Origin: an uncultured Elusimicrobia bacterium
Lineage (GTDB): Bacteria; Elusimicrobiota; Elusimicrobia; Elusimicrobiales; UBA9959
Reading direction: 5' to 3'
DNA length: 64,000 nucleotides
NCBI GenBank assembly: GCA_903917735.1
Contig: CAIXBR010000025.1
Location: 9,761-73,760, forward strand
Of this stretch, positions 7,778 to 15,408 are shown piece by piece. The stretch's first letter is position 1. The number at the start of each line of letters is the position of its first letter. The notes beneath the pieces are model-generated. The model made no database searches and was not told the origin of the DNA. It saw only the letters and a program-made list of their open reading frames with translations. The position numbers and the translations under genes were made by a program.

Positions 7778-10384
7778 ATGCCAGAACCGGACAATAACAA
7801 CCTCCCCGTCCCGCGCGCGCCGCTCGCCATGCTGCTGGCGGCGGCGTTCTTCGTTTCCCCGCTGCTGTTCTTTACCAGCCTTACGCGCAACCCGTACGAT
7901 CTCCAGATAACCCTTCTTAACGTTTCGGTGCTGGGCGCCGCTGCGCTTTTTATATACGGTTCGATCAAGCGCGGGCGCTGGCTGCTGCCGGCCACGGCGC
8001 TTTCCAGGCCGCTGGCGGCGCTGGCGCTGATATACCTGGTCTCTTTCGCCTGGTCCTGGTTCGGGCACGCCGCTTTTTACCGGCCGGCCATCGCGTCGGA
8101 AGGCCTGCGCGCGGGCCTGTTCTTCTTGATAAACTGCCTGGCCGTTTTTTACCTGGCGCTCGCCGTGCCTTACGGCGGGAAAGACTCCGAGGTGCCCGCC
8201 GGGAAGTGGCTGGCATTCATACTGGGCTGGGGGGCGCTGTGGTTCCTGTTCCCCTGGCTTAAAATGCAGCTGCCCGGCGAAGGGCTGTTCGAGCGGATCT
8301 TCGATCCCTACGGCGCCCTGCTCTGGGTTTCAGGTTTCACAGGGGTCTACCTTCTTATCCGTCGGACCCGCCAGGAGGACATACTGCACCTGGCGCTTTC
8401 CTCCGGAGCTATCGCCTCGCTTTACGGGATAATGGAGTATTTCCACTTCGAGCTGGTCTGGGCGAAACTCGTGAACCCTTACGGCAACCGCTCGGTCTCC
8501 ACTTTCGGGAACCCGAATTTCATTTCCTCCTACACCGTGCTTTTCCTTCCGCTGGCGGCCTCGCTGCTTATGAAGGCCGAGACCAGAGTTAAACGGTTCT
8601 TTTACGGCGTCATCTTCCTGGCCTACGGCGGGATGCTGATGTGCAGCCTTACGCGCTCGTCCTGGATAGGCGCCGCCGTTGCGTTCGTTTTTTTGTTCGC
8701 CTTCGGGGCGCACAGGGAGAAGCTGCGGACTAACAGGAAATTCCTTTACCCTTTCTTCGGCGTCGCCCTGCTACTTATGGTGCTCTGGCCGTCCGACAAC
8801 CTGAAACCTTTCAGCTCAGGGCTTGTAGAGCGCGTCACCGAAGCGACCTCCGGGATAAAGTCTTCCGCCGCGGTCAGCCTGTCGGGAGACTCCGGCCGGA
8901 TATATTCCTCCTTCCACCAGCGCCTGCTTATCTGGACCGGCGCCTGGCAGATGGGTCTGGAAAACCCGCTGCTGGGCAACGGCTGGGGGGAGTTCGAGCT
9001 TTTCTACCCTTTCTTTCAGGGCCGGCTTATAGTTAATTACCCGGTGATACGCGGCCTGCGCACCCACGCCAACAACGCCCATAACGAGCTGCTAGAACAG
9101 TGGTCGCAGACCGGCCTGCTGGGGCTCGGCGCCTACCTGTGGGTACTTGCCACGCTTTTTTACGGCTTCCTGCGCTTTTACCGCTCGGCTGACAGGGAAG
9201 CCCGCTACGACGCCGTTCCGCTAGCCGCTGGCCTGGCCGGCATTCTGGCCGACAACATGCTGAACGTCTCGATACATTTCGCGGTGCCAGCGCTCGGGTT
9301 CTGGTGGGTGGCGGGCGCGCTGGCGCTGAAGACCTCGGGCACTGGGGTTTATCCCGCGTGGCGGCGCCCCCGCGCGGCGGCTGCCGCGGCGTGGGTGCTC
9401 CTAGCCTGCTGCCTGGGGGCCGGCGTTATGTGGGAGCGCCAGTTCATGCGCGAGTTCTATTATTTCAACGGTTTCCGGGCGATGCGCGCAAATAACGCCC
9501 AGGCGGCCGTAGCCGAACTGCACAAGGCCTGGGAGGCGCACCCGCGCGAGGTCAACAGCAATTATGAGATGGGGAACGCTTACGTGCGCGCCGGGGAGCC
9601 GGAGAAAGGGGCCTGGGCCTACCTGGAGGCTCTTAAATCCAACGCGGGCTACGACGAGATCTATTTCAACCTGGCCATAGTGCTCAAGAAACTGAACCGC
9701 ATGGACGAGGCGCTAAAATATCTGAAGATCTCCTCGGTTATAAATCCGCTTAACCAAGTAACCTGGCAGGCTCTGGCGGAAGTGTATCTGGCCGCGCCGG
9801 ATAGGACGGCTATAGCAGCCGCGGCAGCCGCGGACTTCGAGGAGGCGGTGAAGATCTTCCCGCAGGACCCTAACATGTGGAACACGCTGGGATATTTTTA
9901 CACGCTTAAAAAGAACTATTCCTCCGCCCACGCCGCCTACTCGCGCGGGGTCAGGATAGAGCCGGGCAACGCCATGCTGGCGGAGAACCTGGCCGGCGTC
10001 TCGCGCCAACTGGGGCTTAAGAAAGATCCCGACCTGGACTGGCTGGCTTCCTATTCAGCCGTGGCGTCGCACGCGGATTCCGGCGGCGACGTGCCCGTAC
10101 TGCTGCGCCAGGCCAGCGCCCTGCTGGCGGCGGACCCGGGAAACCCGAAGGTCCGCATGCTGCGCGCAAAAATCTTCTTCAGGGCGGGCCGCCTGGCCGA
10201 GGCCAGGGCCGACCTGGAGGCCACACTGGAGGCCAGGCCCGCAGACAACTCCGCGCGCTACGGCTTGGCCGTAGTCTACGAGAAGGAAGGGAACAACCCG
10301 ATGGCCCGGGCACAGTGGGAGCGATTTCTTGAAATTGAGCCGAACAACGCCGCGGTGGCCGCGCGCCTGAAAGCCCTTAAATAG
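7778..10384 (+). CDS. Second O-antigen-ligase-family (Wzy_C) membrane protein with long C-terminal TPR domain
   Basis: Paralogous architecture to 5344..7761: FGNPNFISSYTVLFLPL, SLTRSSWIGAAVAF, NPLLGNGWGEFELFYP, HAHNELLEQWSQTGLLGLGAYLWV. About 330 aa of TPR repeats follow (YEMGNAYVRAGEPEKGAWAYLEALKSN, WNTLGYFYTLKKNYSSAHAAYSRGVRIEP, etc.). AAGGA lies 3 nt upstream of the ATG. Confidence 0.8.
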   Translation: MPEPDNNNLPVPRAPLAMLLAAAFFVSPLLFFTSLTRNPYDLQITLLNVSVLGAAALFIYGSIKRGRWLLPATALSRPLAALALIYLVSFAWSWFGHAAFYRPAIASEGLRAGLFFLINCLAVFYLALAVPYGGKDSEVPAGKWLAFILGWGALWFLFPWLKMQLPGEGLFERIFDPYGALLWVSGFTGVYLLIRRTRQEDILHLALSSGAIASLYGIMEYFHFELVWAKLVNPYGNRSVSTFGNPNFISSYTVLFLPLAASLLMKAETRVKRFFYGVIFLAYGGMLMCSLTRSSWIGAAVAFVFLFAFGAHREKLRTNRKFLYPFFGVALLLMVLWPSDNLKPFSSGLVERVTEATSGIKSSAAVSLSGDSGRIYSSFHQRLLIWTGAWQMGLENPLLGNGWGEFELFYPFFQGRLIVNYPVIRGLRTHANNAHNELLEQWSQTGLLGLGAYLWVLATLFYGFLRFYRSADREARYDAVPLAAGLAGILADNMLNVSIHFAVPALGFWWVAGALALKTSGTGVYPAWRRPRAAAAAAWVLLACCLGAGVMWERQFMREFYYFNGFRAMRANNAQAAVAELHKAWEAHPREVNSNYEMGNAYVRAGEPEKGAWAYLEALKSNAGYDEIYFNLAIVLKKLNRMDEALKYLKISSVINPLNQVTWQALAEVYLAAPDRTAIAAAAAADFEEAVKIFPQDPNMWNTLGYFYTLKKNYSSAHAAYSRGVRIEPGNAMLAENLAGVSRQLGLKKDPDLDWLASYSAVASHADSGGDVPVLLRQASALLAADPGNPKVRMLRAKIFFRAGRLAEARADLEATLEARPADNSARYGLAVVYEKEGNNPMARAQWERFLEIEPNNAAVAARLKALK

Positions 10385-10500
10385 ACTTCCGCCAGGGTGA
10401 GGGGAGGGGATGCACATAGTTCTGTAACAATCCTGTAATATTTAGGCAAACAGGAAAGTGTTAAATATACCGTAGTTGAAAAAGTTTTCGGAGTTTTGCC

Positions 10501-12375
10501 ATGAAAAAAACAAAAGCGGTGAAGATTATGCTGCCGGCCGTCTTCCTGGCCGCATTCGCCGCAGCTGCCGGCCCGCTGTCGGCCGCGCTTTCCGCCCAGG
10601 CCGCGAACAGTTCCATAAGCCGCTCCATGGACCAGGCCATAAGGCTGTACCACGAGGAGCAGGATACCGAGGCGATGGACCGTTTTATGGACATATTGGT
10701 CAAGGGAACGCCCTCCGAAAAGGCCCTGGCCAACGAATATATCACCAAGATCACGCTGCGCATGAACACCGGCGTAAATACCACCAAGGACCGCGGCGCG
10801 GAGCCTACCACCCTCACCGAGGTTTCCCAGCCCAAGCCCGCCGGCCAGTCCTCGGCGCCAAGAAGCCAGCCCGCCGCGCATGCAGAGGCACAAGACGCTG
10901 AGGATGCCGAAAGGGCGCAGCTTGACGATAACCAGGCGCAGAAAGAACGCGTAGGAGAAAAAATATCCTCGAAAATAGCCCTGATGCGGCGCGACCTACT
11001 GCTGGAGCTCGGGAAGGCCGACCCCGTTAAACTGTACATGGGGGACGGGATGCCCAAGGCCATCACGCTGGACCCGAATTTTTTCTTCGCCAGCGAAGCC
11101 ACTTTCCGCGCCGGCACCGACAAGCTGCTTAGCTCCCTGGCCGGGCTTATTTTCACGCTGGGCAAAACTAACTGCCTCATACTGCCGGAGGGTTCGGCCG
11201 AGGGCGACGTAAAGATCAAGAGTATACGCCGCGCGCTGGCGCTTAATTCCTACCTGGAGTCGCGCGGCATTTCCAAGTCCAGGCTGGAGGTGAACCTTAC
11301 AGGCTCCGACGTCCGCTTCCCCAAGGAACTTACCAGTATAAGCGGAATCATTATTCTTTTTGATTATGACAAGCAGCCCCGCCTGAAAGACCTGGAGGAC
11401 ATGCAGACCAAGGGTCCCAAGGTCTCGCTGGGGATTTACCCGACGGCAATAGCCGTGAACAATAACGAGGGGGCGATAGTGGAATTCGCGGCTTTCGAAT
11501 CGCCTATAGGCCAGCCTTCCTGGAAGTTCCAGGTCTTTGAAATACAAAAGGACGGCAGCCGCCTGCAGCTGCAGGAGATCTCTGGTTCCGGCCCGCAGTA
11601 TAACCAGAGCTTCTGGAACGGGCGCAAGAAGTTCTTCGGCGCAGCATATCCCTCAGGCAAATATATGTTCATGGTTACCGCGGCCGACTCGGAGGGGCGC
11701 GAAACCTCTCTCAGCCGCCTGCTGCTGATAAAGCCCACGCCGGCCGAGGAAAAAGCCCTGCAGAACAGGACCGCCGCCCAGAAAGCGGCCGCCAAGGAGA
11801 CCGTAACTTCTTCGGGCGTAAAGACCAGGTCTGTTTCCAGGACCGGCACCGGGGTGAAGGCAGGCAAGATGCTGAAGGCGAAAGGCGCGACGGCGAAAGC
11901 TAAAAATCTGAAAGGGGCGGCCAAGGCGAAGGCGCTTAAGGGCGCCGGGGCCGGCAAGGCGGCGAAGAAGACGGCGCACGGAGCCAAGAAGCAGCCTGCG
12001 GCAGCCGAGGCGGACAGCTCCGCCGCGGCCGGCCAGGACTCAGGTGAGAACGCGCCCGCCGAACAGTCCTCCGGGCAGGTCAGCTATAAAATATATTTCA
12101 AGGAAAATACCACTATCCTTACCGACAACAGCGAGAAAAAACTGGGACAGGTAGCGGAAACTCTAGGCTACTACCCTCAGTCTAACATCCAGCTGACCGG
12201 CTACGCGTACTCCGGAGAGGCTAACGCAGAAGCGATGGCCGAGAACCGGGTGAACTATGTGTCCGCGCGGCTGGCGGAAAAGTATAAAATAGACAAGGCC
12301 CGGATGGAGGTTCAGTCCAAGGTTTCGGAGACCCCGAAGAGTACCGTTGAAATACGGATGACAGGCAAAGAATAG
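10501..12375 (+). CDS. Composite envelope protein: signal peptide, OmpA-like domain, FlgD-Ig-like domain, Lys/Ala-rich basic linker, second OmpA-like domain
   Basis: Signal peptide MKKTKAVKIMLPAVFLAAFAAAAGPLSA. Degenerate OmpA/MotB-like module (ITLDPNFFFASEATFRAGTDKLL...IKSIRRALALNSYLESRGISKSRLEV). FlgD-Ig-like WKFQVFEIQKDGS...FWNGRKKFFGAAYPSGKYMFMVTAADSEGRE. K/A-rich KAGKMLKAKGATAKAKNLKGAAKAKALKGAGAGKAAKK. C-terminal OmpA-like IQLTGYAYSGEANAEAMAENRVNYVSARLAEKYKI. Confidence 0.7.
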   Translation: MKKTKAVKIMLPAVFLAAFAAAAGPLSAALSAQAANSSISRSMDQAIRLYHEEQDTEAMDRFMDILVKGTPSEKALANEYITKITLRMNTGVNTTKDRGAEPTTLTEVSQPKPAGQSSAPRSQPAAHAEAQDAEDAERAQLDDNQAQKERVGEKISSKIALMRRDLLLELGKADPVKLYMGDGMPKAITLDPNFFFASEATFRAGTDKLLSSLAGLIFTLGKTNCLILPEGSAEGDVKIKSIRRALALNSYLESRGISKSRLEVNLTGSDVRFPKELTSISGIIILFDYDKQPRLKDLEDMQTKGPKVSLGIYPTAIAVNNNEGAIVEFAAFESPIGQPSWKFQVFEIQKDGSRLQLQEISGSGPQYNQSFWNGRKKFFGAAYPSGKYMFMVTAADSEGRETSLSRLLLIKPTPAEEKALQNRTAAQKAAAKETVTSSGVKTRSVSRTGTGVKAGKMLKAKGATAKAKNLKGAAKAKALKGAGAGKAAKKTAHGAKKQPAAAEADSSAAAGQDSGENAPAEQSSGQVSYKIYFKENTTILTDNSEKKLGQVAETLGYYPQSNIQLTGYAYSGEANAEAMAENRVNYVSARLAEKYKIDKARMEVQSKVSETPKSTVEIRMTGKE

Positions 12376-12414
12376 GCGGCATTCCCCGCCGTATTATTGT
12401 AAAATTTAAAAGTT

Positions 12415-13980
12415 ATGGCCAAAACAGTCGGCACCAATTATCTCGGCATTTATATTTCCCCGAAGGAAATATGCATAGCCCAGGTCAAGATAGGCAAGGA
12501 CTCCAGGCCGGAGCCCGAGCATCTTATCAAATTCCCTACCGGCTTTCCGATGAAGGGAGGGATGCTGCGCCCGCTTTCCCTCAACAGCGATTTCTTCAAC
12601 GAGAAGGCGGCTTGGATCGACCCTTTCAGGCTGGCGGTCAAGAAGGTAGGCTGGGCGTCAAGCTCCGTCGTGGTCACCCTGTCGCCGCAGTTCGCGATAC
12701 TCCGCTATTTCGTTATGCCCTCCATAGAGCGGCGCTTCTGGAACAAGTCCATCCCGCTCGAGTCCAAGAAATACATTCCCGTCTCTTTCGAAGAGGTGAT
12801 CTACGATTTTAACGCCATTCCCGTCGAGGGCGCCAAAAAGCTGGGGGTGCTGTTCGGACTGACGCAGCGCAAGAGCGTGGAATTCATAACGGAGACGCTT
12901 AAAAGCGCCGGCCTCTCGCTGGCCGCGCTCGAGATAAACGCCGCTTCCATGGAACGCCTGTTCGGCTTTGCCGATCCCAAGGACCACGACGCCAAGGGCT
13001 ATATACATTTCTCGGAGAACTCCACGGTGATGCTGTTCTCTCACGGCGGCTACCCTGTCCTTTATCGCGAAACCGAAACGGACTCAGGCGGCGCGATGAG
13101 CGAGCGCAAGCGCCTGGACGTTAAGGGCGCCATACAATTCGTCGACCGCTACGTAGGCGGCAAGGACTACAAGACCATCGTCCTGAGCGGCGACGACGCC
13201 GAGGCCTGGAGGGCTGCCGCGGAAAAGGAGTCCGCCCCCACCCCGGTGGCCATCTGGGACTGCGGTAAGACATTTTCGCTGAAGGACAACGACGCGGCCT
13301 CCATCTTCGCGATGGGCGCCGCCCTGCGCGGACGCGCCCCGGCCAAACTGACGCTGGATATCTCCGGCATCACCGGCGCTATCCTGCTGGAAAAGCAAGT
13401 ACAGTCCTATGTCTGGAACATTACCTTTATTCTCGGCGCCCTCCTGCTGCTGCTCTCGCTGATAAGCGAGACCCGGCTGCTGCTGCTGAGCTCAAAGATC
13501 TCCGCCCTTAACACCAAGGTCATGGACTATCCCGAGCTGCAGGGGATGGAACCGGAAACTCTCAGGAAGAAGATCGACGGGATACTGACCAACGTTAAGG
13601 TGCTTTCTTCGCTGGTGACCGATACGGACGCCCTGGCGCCCAAGCTTTCCGCCGTAGCCGAAAGGATCCCTCTGGACCTGTGGCTGACGGATATCCATTA
13701 TTCCAATCCGCTGTCGGTCTCCGATATAGTGACCGGCGGCAAAGAGCTGACCCTTAACGGCGAGACAGGCCTGAAAGGCGAGGCCAAAATACGCGCGGTC
13801 GACGCGTTCAACAAGGCGCTGAAAGCGGCGCCTGAGTTCAAGGTCTTTCTGCCGCCTTCGGGCAGCATTGACAACACCACCGAAGAGGGCTCACAGGCCG
13901 CCACGCCTATGCCCGGCCAGGCGGCCGCGCTCACGAAAAGCAGCGCCTTCTCGGTAATGTGCGTGGTCAAAAGGAAATAA
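12415..13980 (+). CDS. pilMN: Type IV pilus assembly protein, PilM-PilN fusion
   Basis: The N-terminal ~320 aa are an actin-like PilM fold (YLGIYISPKEICIAQV..., KKYIPVSFEEVIYDF, LKSAGLSLAALEINAASMERLF). A single TM follows (VWNITFILGALLLLLSLI), then a ~165-aa periplasmic coiled-coil/PilN-like part. It sits directly upstream of pilO. Confidence 0.7.
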   Translation: MAKTVGTNYLGIYISPKEICIAQVKIGKDSRPEPEHLIKFPTGFPMKGGMLRPLSLNSDFFNEKAAWIDPFRLAVKKVGWASSSVVVTLSPQFAILRYFVMPSIERRFWNKSIPLESKKYIPVSFEEVIYDFNAIPVEGAKKLGVLFGLTQRKSVEFITETLKSAGLSLAALEINAASMERLFGFADPKDHDAKGYIHFSENSTVMLFSHGGYPVLYRETETDSGGAMSERKRLDVKGAIQFVDRYVGGKDYKTIVLSGDDAEAWRAAAEKESAPTPVAIWDCGKTFSLKDNDAASIFAMGAALRGRAPAKLTLDISGITGAILLEKQVQSYVWNITFILGALLLLLSLISETRLLLLSSKISALNTKVMDYPELQGMEPETLRKKIDGILTNVKVLSSLVTDTDALAPKLSAVAERIPLDLWLTDIHYSNPLSVSDIVTGGKELTLNGETGLKGEAKIRAVDAFNKALKAAPEFKVFLPPSGSIDNTTEEGSQAATPMPGQAAALTKSSAFSVMCVVKRK

Positions 13981-13984
13981 GGCT

Positions 13985-14590
13985 ATGAACCCCGTTATCG
14001 CCGCTATTCTAGCCAGGCTGCAGTCCTTCTTCAAGGACATGGCCTATAACATCATGATCATCTACGGAGAAAAGGGTTTTGAACCCTTCAAGAAACCGCT
14101 GATCATAGCCGTCCCCTCGCTGATCGTACTTTACGCCGCCGTTTACAGCCCCCTGGGATCGAAGCTTAGCAGCTCCGCCACGCAGGTAGAGAGCATGCGC
14201 GTGGTTGCGGAATACGCGGGAGAATATGAGAACTCCAAGACAAAGCTTTCCGCCTACCAGCGCAAGCTCCCGCTCATAAAGGACAAGGACGAGTGGCTGA
14301 ACTATCTGATAACCAATACCGCCAGAGCTTATGGCGTTTCGTTCGACTCCCTTAGCGCCCAGAAGGAAACAGAAGTGGGCAATTATCTGGTAGTTTCCCG
14401 CGATGTGATGGTGACCACCACGTACGCCAATCTCGGCCGCTGGCTGGCGGATATAGAGAACTCCAAGATCTTCCTGCGGGTGTCCGAACTCACACTGCGC
14501 CGCTCGGTAGAAAATCCGGGCACGATAAAGGTCACGTTCACGCTTTCCACGGTTTTTGCGAAGTTCGGCGGGGGGAGGGCTGCGATATGA
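13985..14590 (+). CDS. pilO: Type IV pilus assembly protein PilO-like
   Basis: 201 aa, one N-terminal TM (LIIAVPSLIVLYAAVY), a coiled coil, then a PilO-type ferredoxin-like C-terminus (VSRDVMVTTTYANLGRWLADIENSKIFLRVSELTLRR). 4-nt gap to pilMN and a 4-nt overlap with the next gene. Confidence 0.65.
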   Translation: MNPVIAAILARLQSFFKDMAYNIMIIYGEKGFEPFKKPLIIAVPSLIVLYAAVYSPLGSKLSSSATQVESMRVVAEYAGEYENSKTKLSAYQRKLPLIKDKDEWLNYLITNTARAYGVSFDSLSAQKETEVGNYLVVSRDVMVTTTYANLGRWLADIENSKIFLRVSELTLRRSVENPGTIKVTFTLSTVFAKFGGGRAAI

Positions 14591-15348
14591 AAAGCCTCAC
14601 CTCGGTACTGGGCTGGACGCTGCTTCTGGCGGTTCTGGCCGTCCCATCCTTCCTTTTTTACAACTGGTGGACAAAAAGCCGCCAGCAGGTTTCCGCCGAG
14701 CTGACCCAGGAAGCGCCCGCCCATAACATTTTCACTACGCCCGATAAAGCCTCCGTGCCGGTTTCCGCCGTGTCTTCCGCACCTGCCCGCCCGGCGCAGC
14801 AGGCCGTCCCGGCCGCGCAGCAGTACGCGCCGGCTCCCCGGCAGTCCCTAGCGGTCTCCCAGCCGGCCGCGCAGGCGGCTGAGCCGCTCCGCAAGCCTGA
14901 GCCCGCGGCGGACCCGGCCCCGTCGGCCTCGGCGCAGGCTCCTCAGCCGCAGCCCGAGCAGGCCGCCCCGGCACAGGGCGTGCAGCCCTCCACGGCTTCA
15001 CTTCAGTCCGTGGCGGTTTCAACCCAGGCCAAACTTACTTCCTATTACAGCCCTAAATCCGACAGGGACCCCACGCTTTCCCCGGACGATTACCGTCGCA
15101 TCAAAGAAATAGAGGATGCGCGCATAGAGGCCGAAAGACAGCAGCGCTGGGCGGAGCGGAACAAGCCGAAAGCCCCCGGCATAGAGACCCGCCTGCGTCT
15201 GCAGGGCATAGTAGGCAATGCCGCCATAATAAACGGAGAGATGTACTCCGCCGGACAGAGCATTATCGGGGTCAAGATCCTGAAGGTGGGCTCTAACTAT
15301 ATAATCGGAGAATACAAAGGGAAGACTTTTAAAAAGGTTCTCAAGTGA
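14587..15348 (+). CDS. PilP-like pilus assembly protein (Pro/Ala/Gln-rich linker)
   Basis: N-terminal TM, a ~110-aa P/A/Q-rich spacer, an RDPT(L)SP motif (cf. the RDPF motif of PilP/GspC-type proteins), and a C-terminal beta-domain LRLQGIVGNAAIINGEMYSAGQSIIGVKILKVGSNYIIGEY. Its position between pilO and pilQ matches pilP. Confidence 0.5.
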   Translation: MKSLTSVLGWTLLLAVLAVPSFLFYNWWTKSRQQVSAELTQEAPAHNIFTTPDKASVPVSAVSSAPARPAQQAVPAAQQYAPAPRQSLAVSQPAAQAAEPLRKPEPAADPAPSASAQAPQPQPEQAAPAQGVQPSTASLQSVAVSTQAKLTSYYSPKSDRDPTLSPDDYRRIKEIEDARIEAERQQRWAERNKPKAPGIETRLRLQGIVGNAAIINGEMYSAGQSIIGVKILKVGSNYIIGEYKGKTFKKVLK

Positions 15349-15408
15349 TTTCAGGCTGGTTAACCGGGTATTATTAACATATAATAGCAGTCAGGAACGG
15401 AGGAGTTT

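Noticed and set aside
6223-7995. 590-aa ORF on the minus strand, antisense to the Wzy_C-TPR genes
   Set aside because: It is fully embedded antisense in two well-supported genes. Its Arg/Gly/Pro/His-rich composition is typical of GC-rich shadow frames, and it has no recognisable motifs or RBS.
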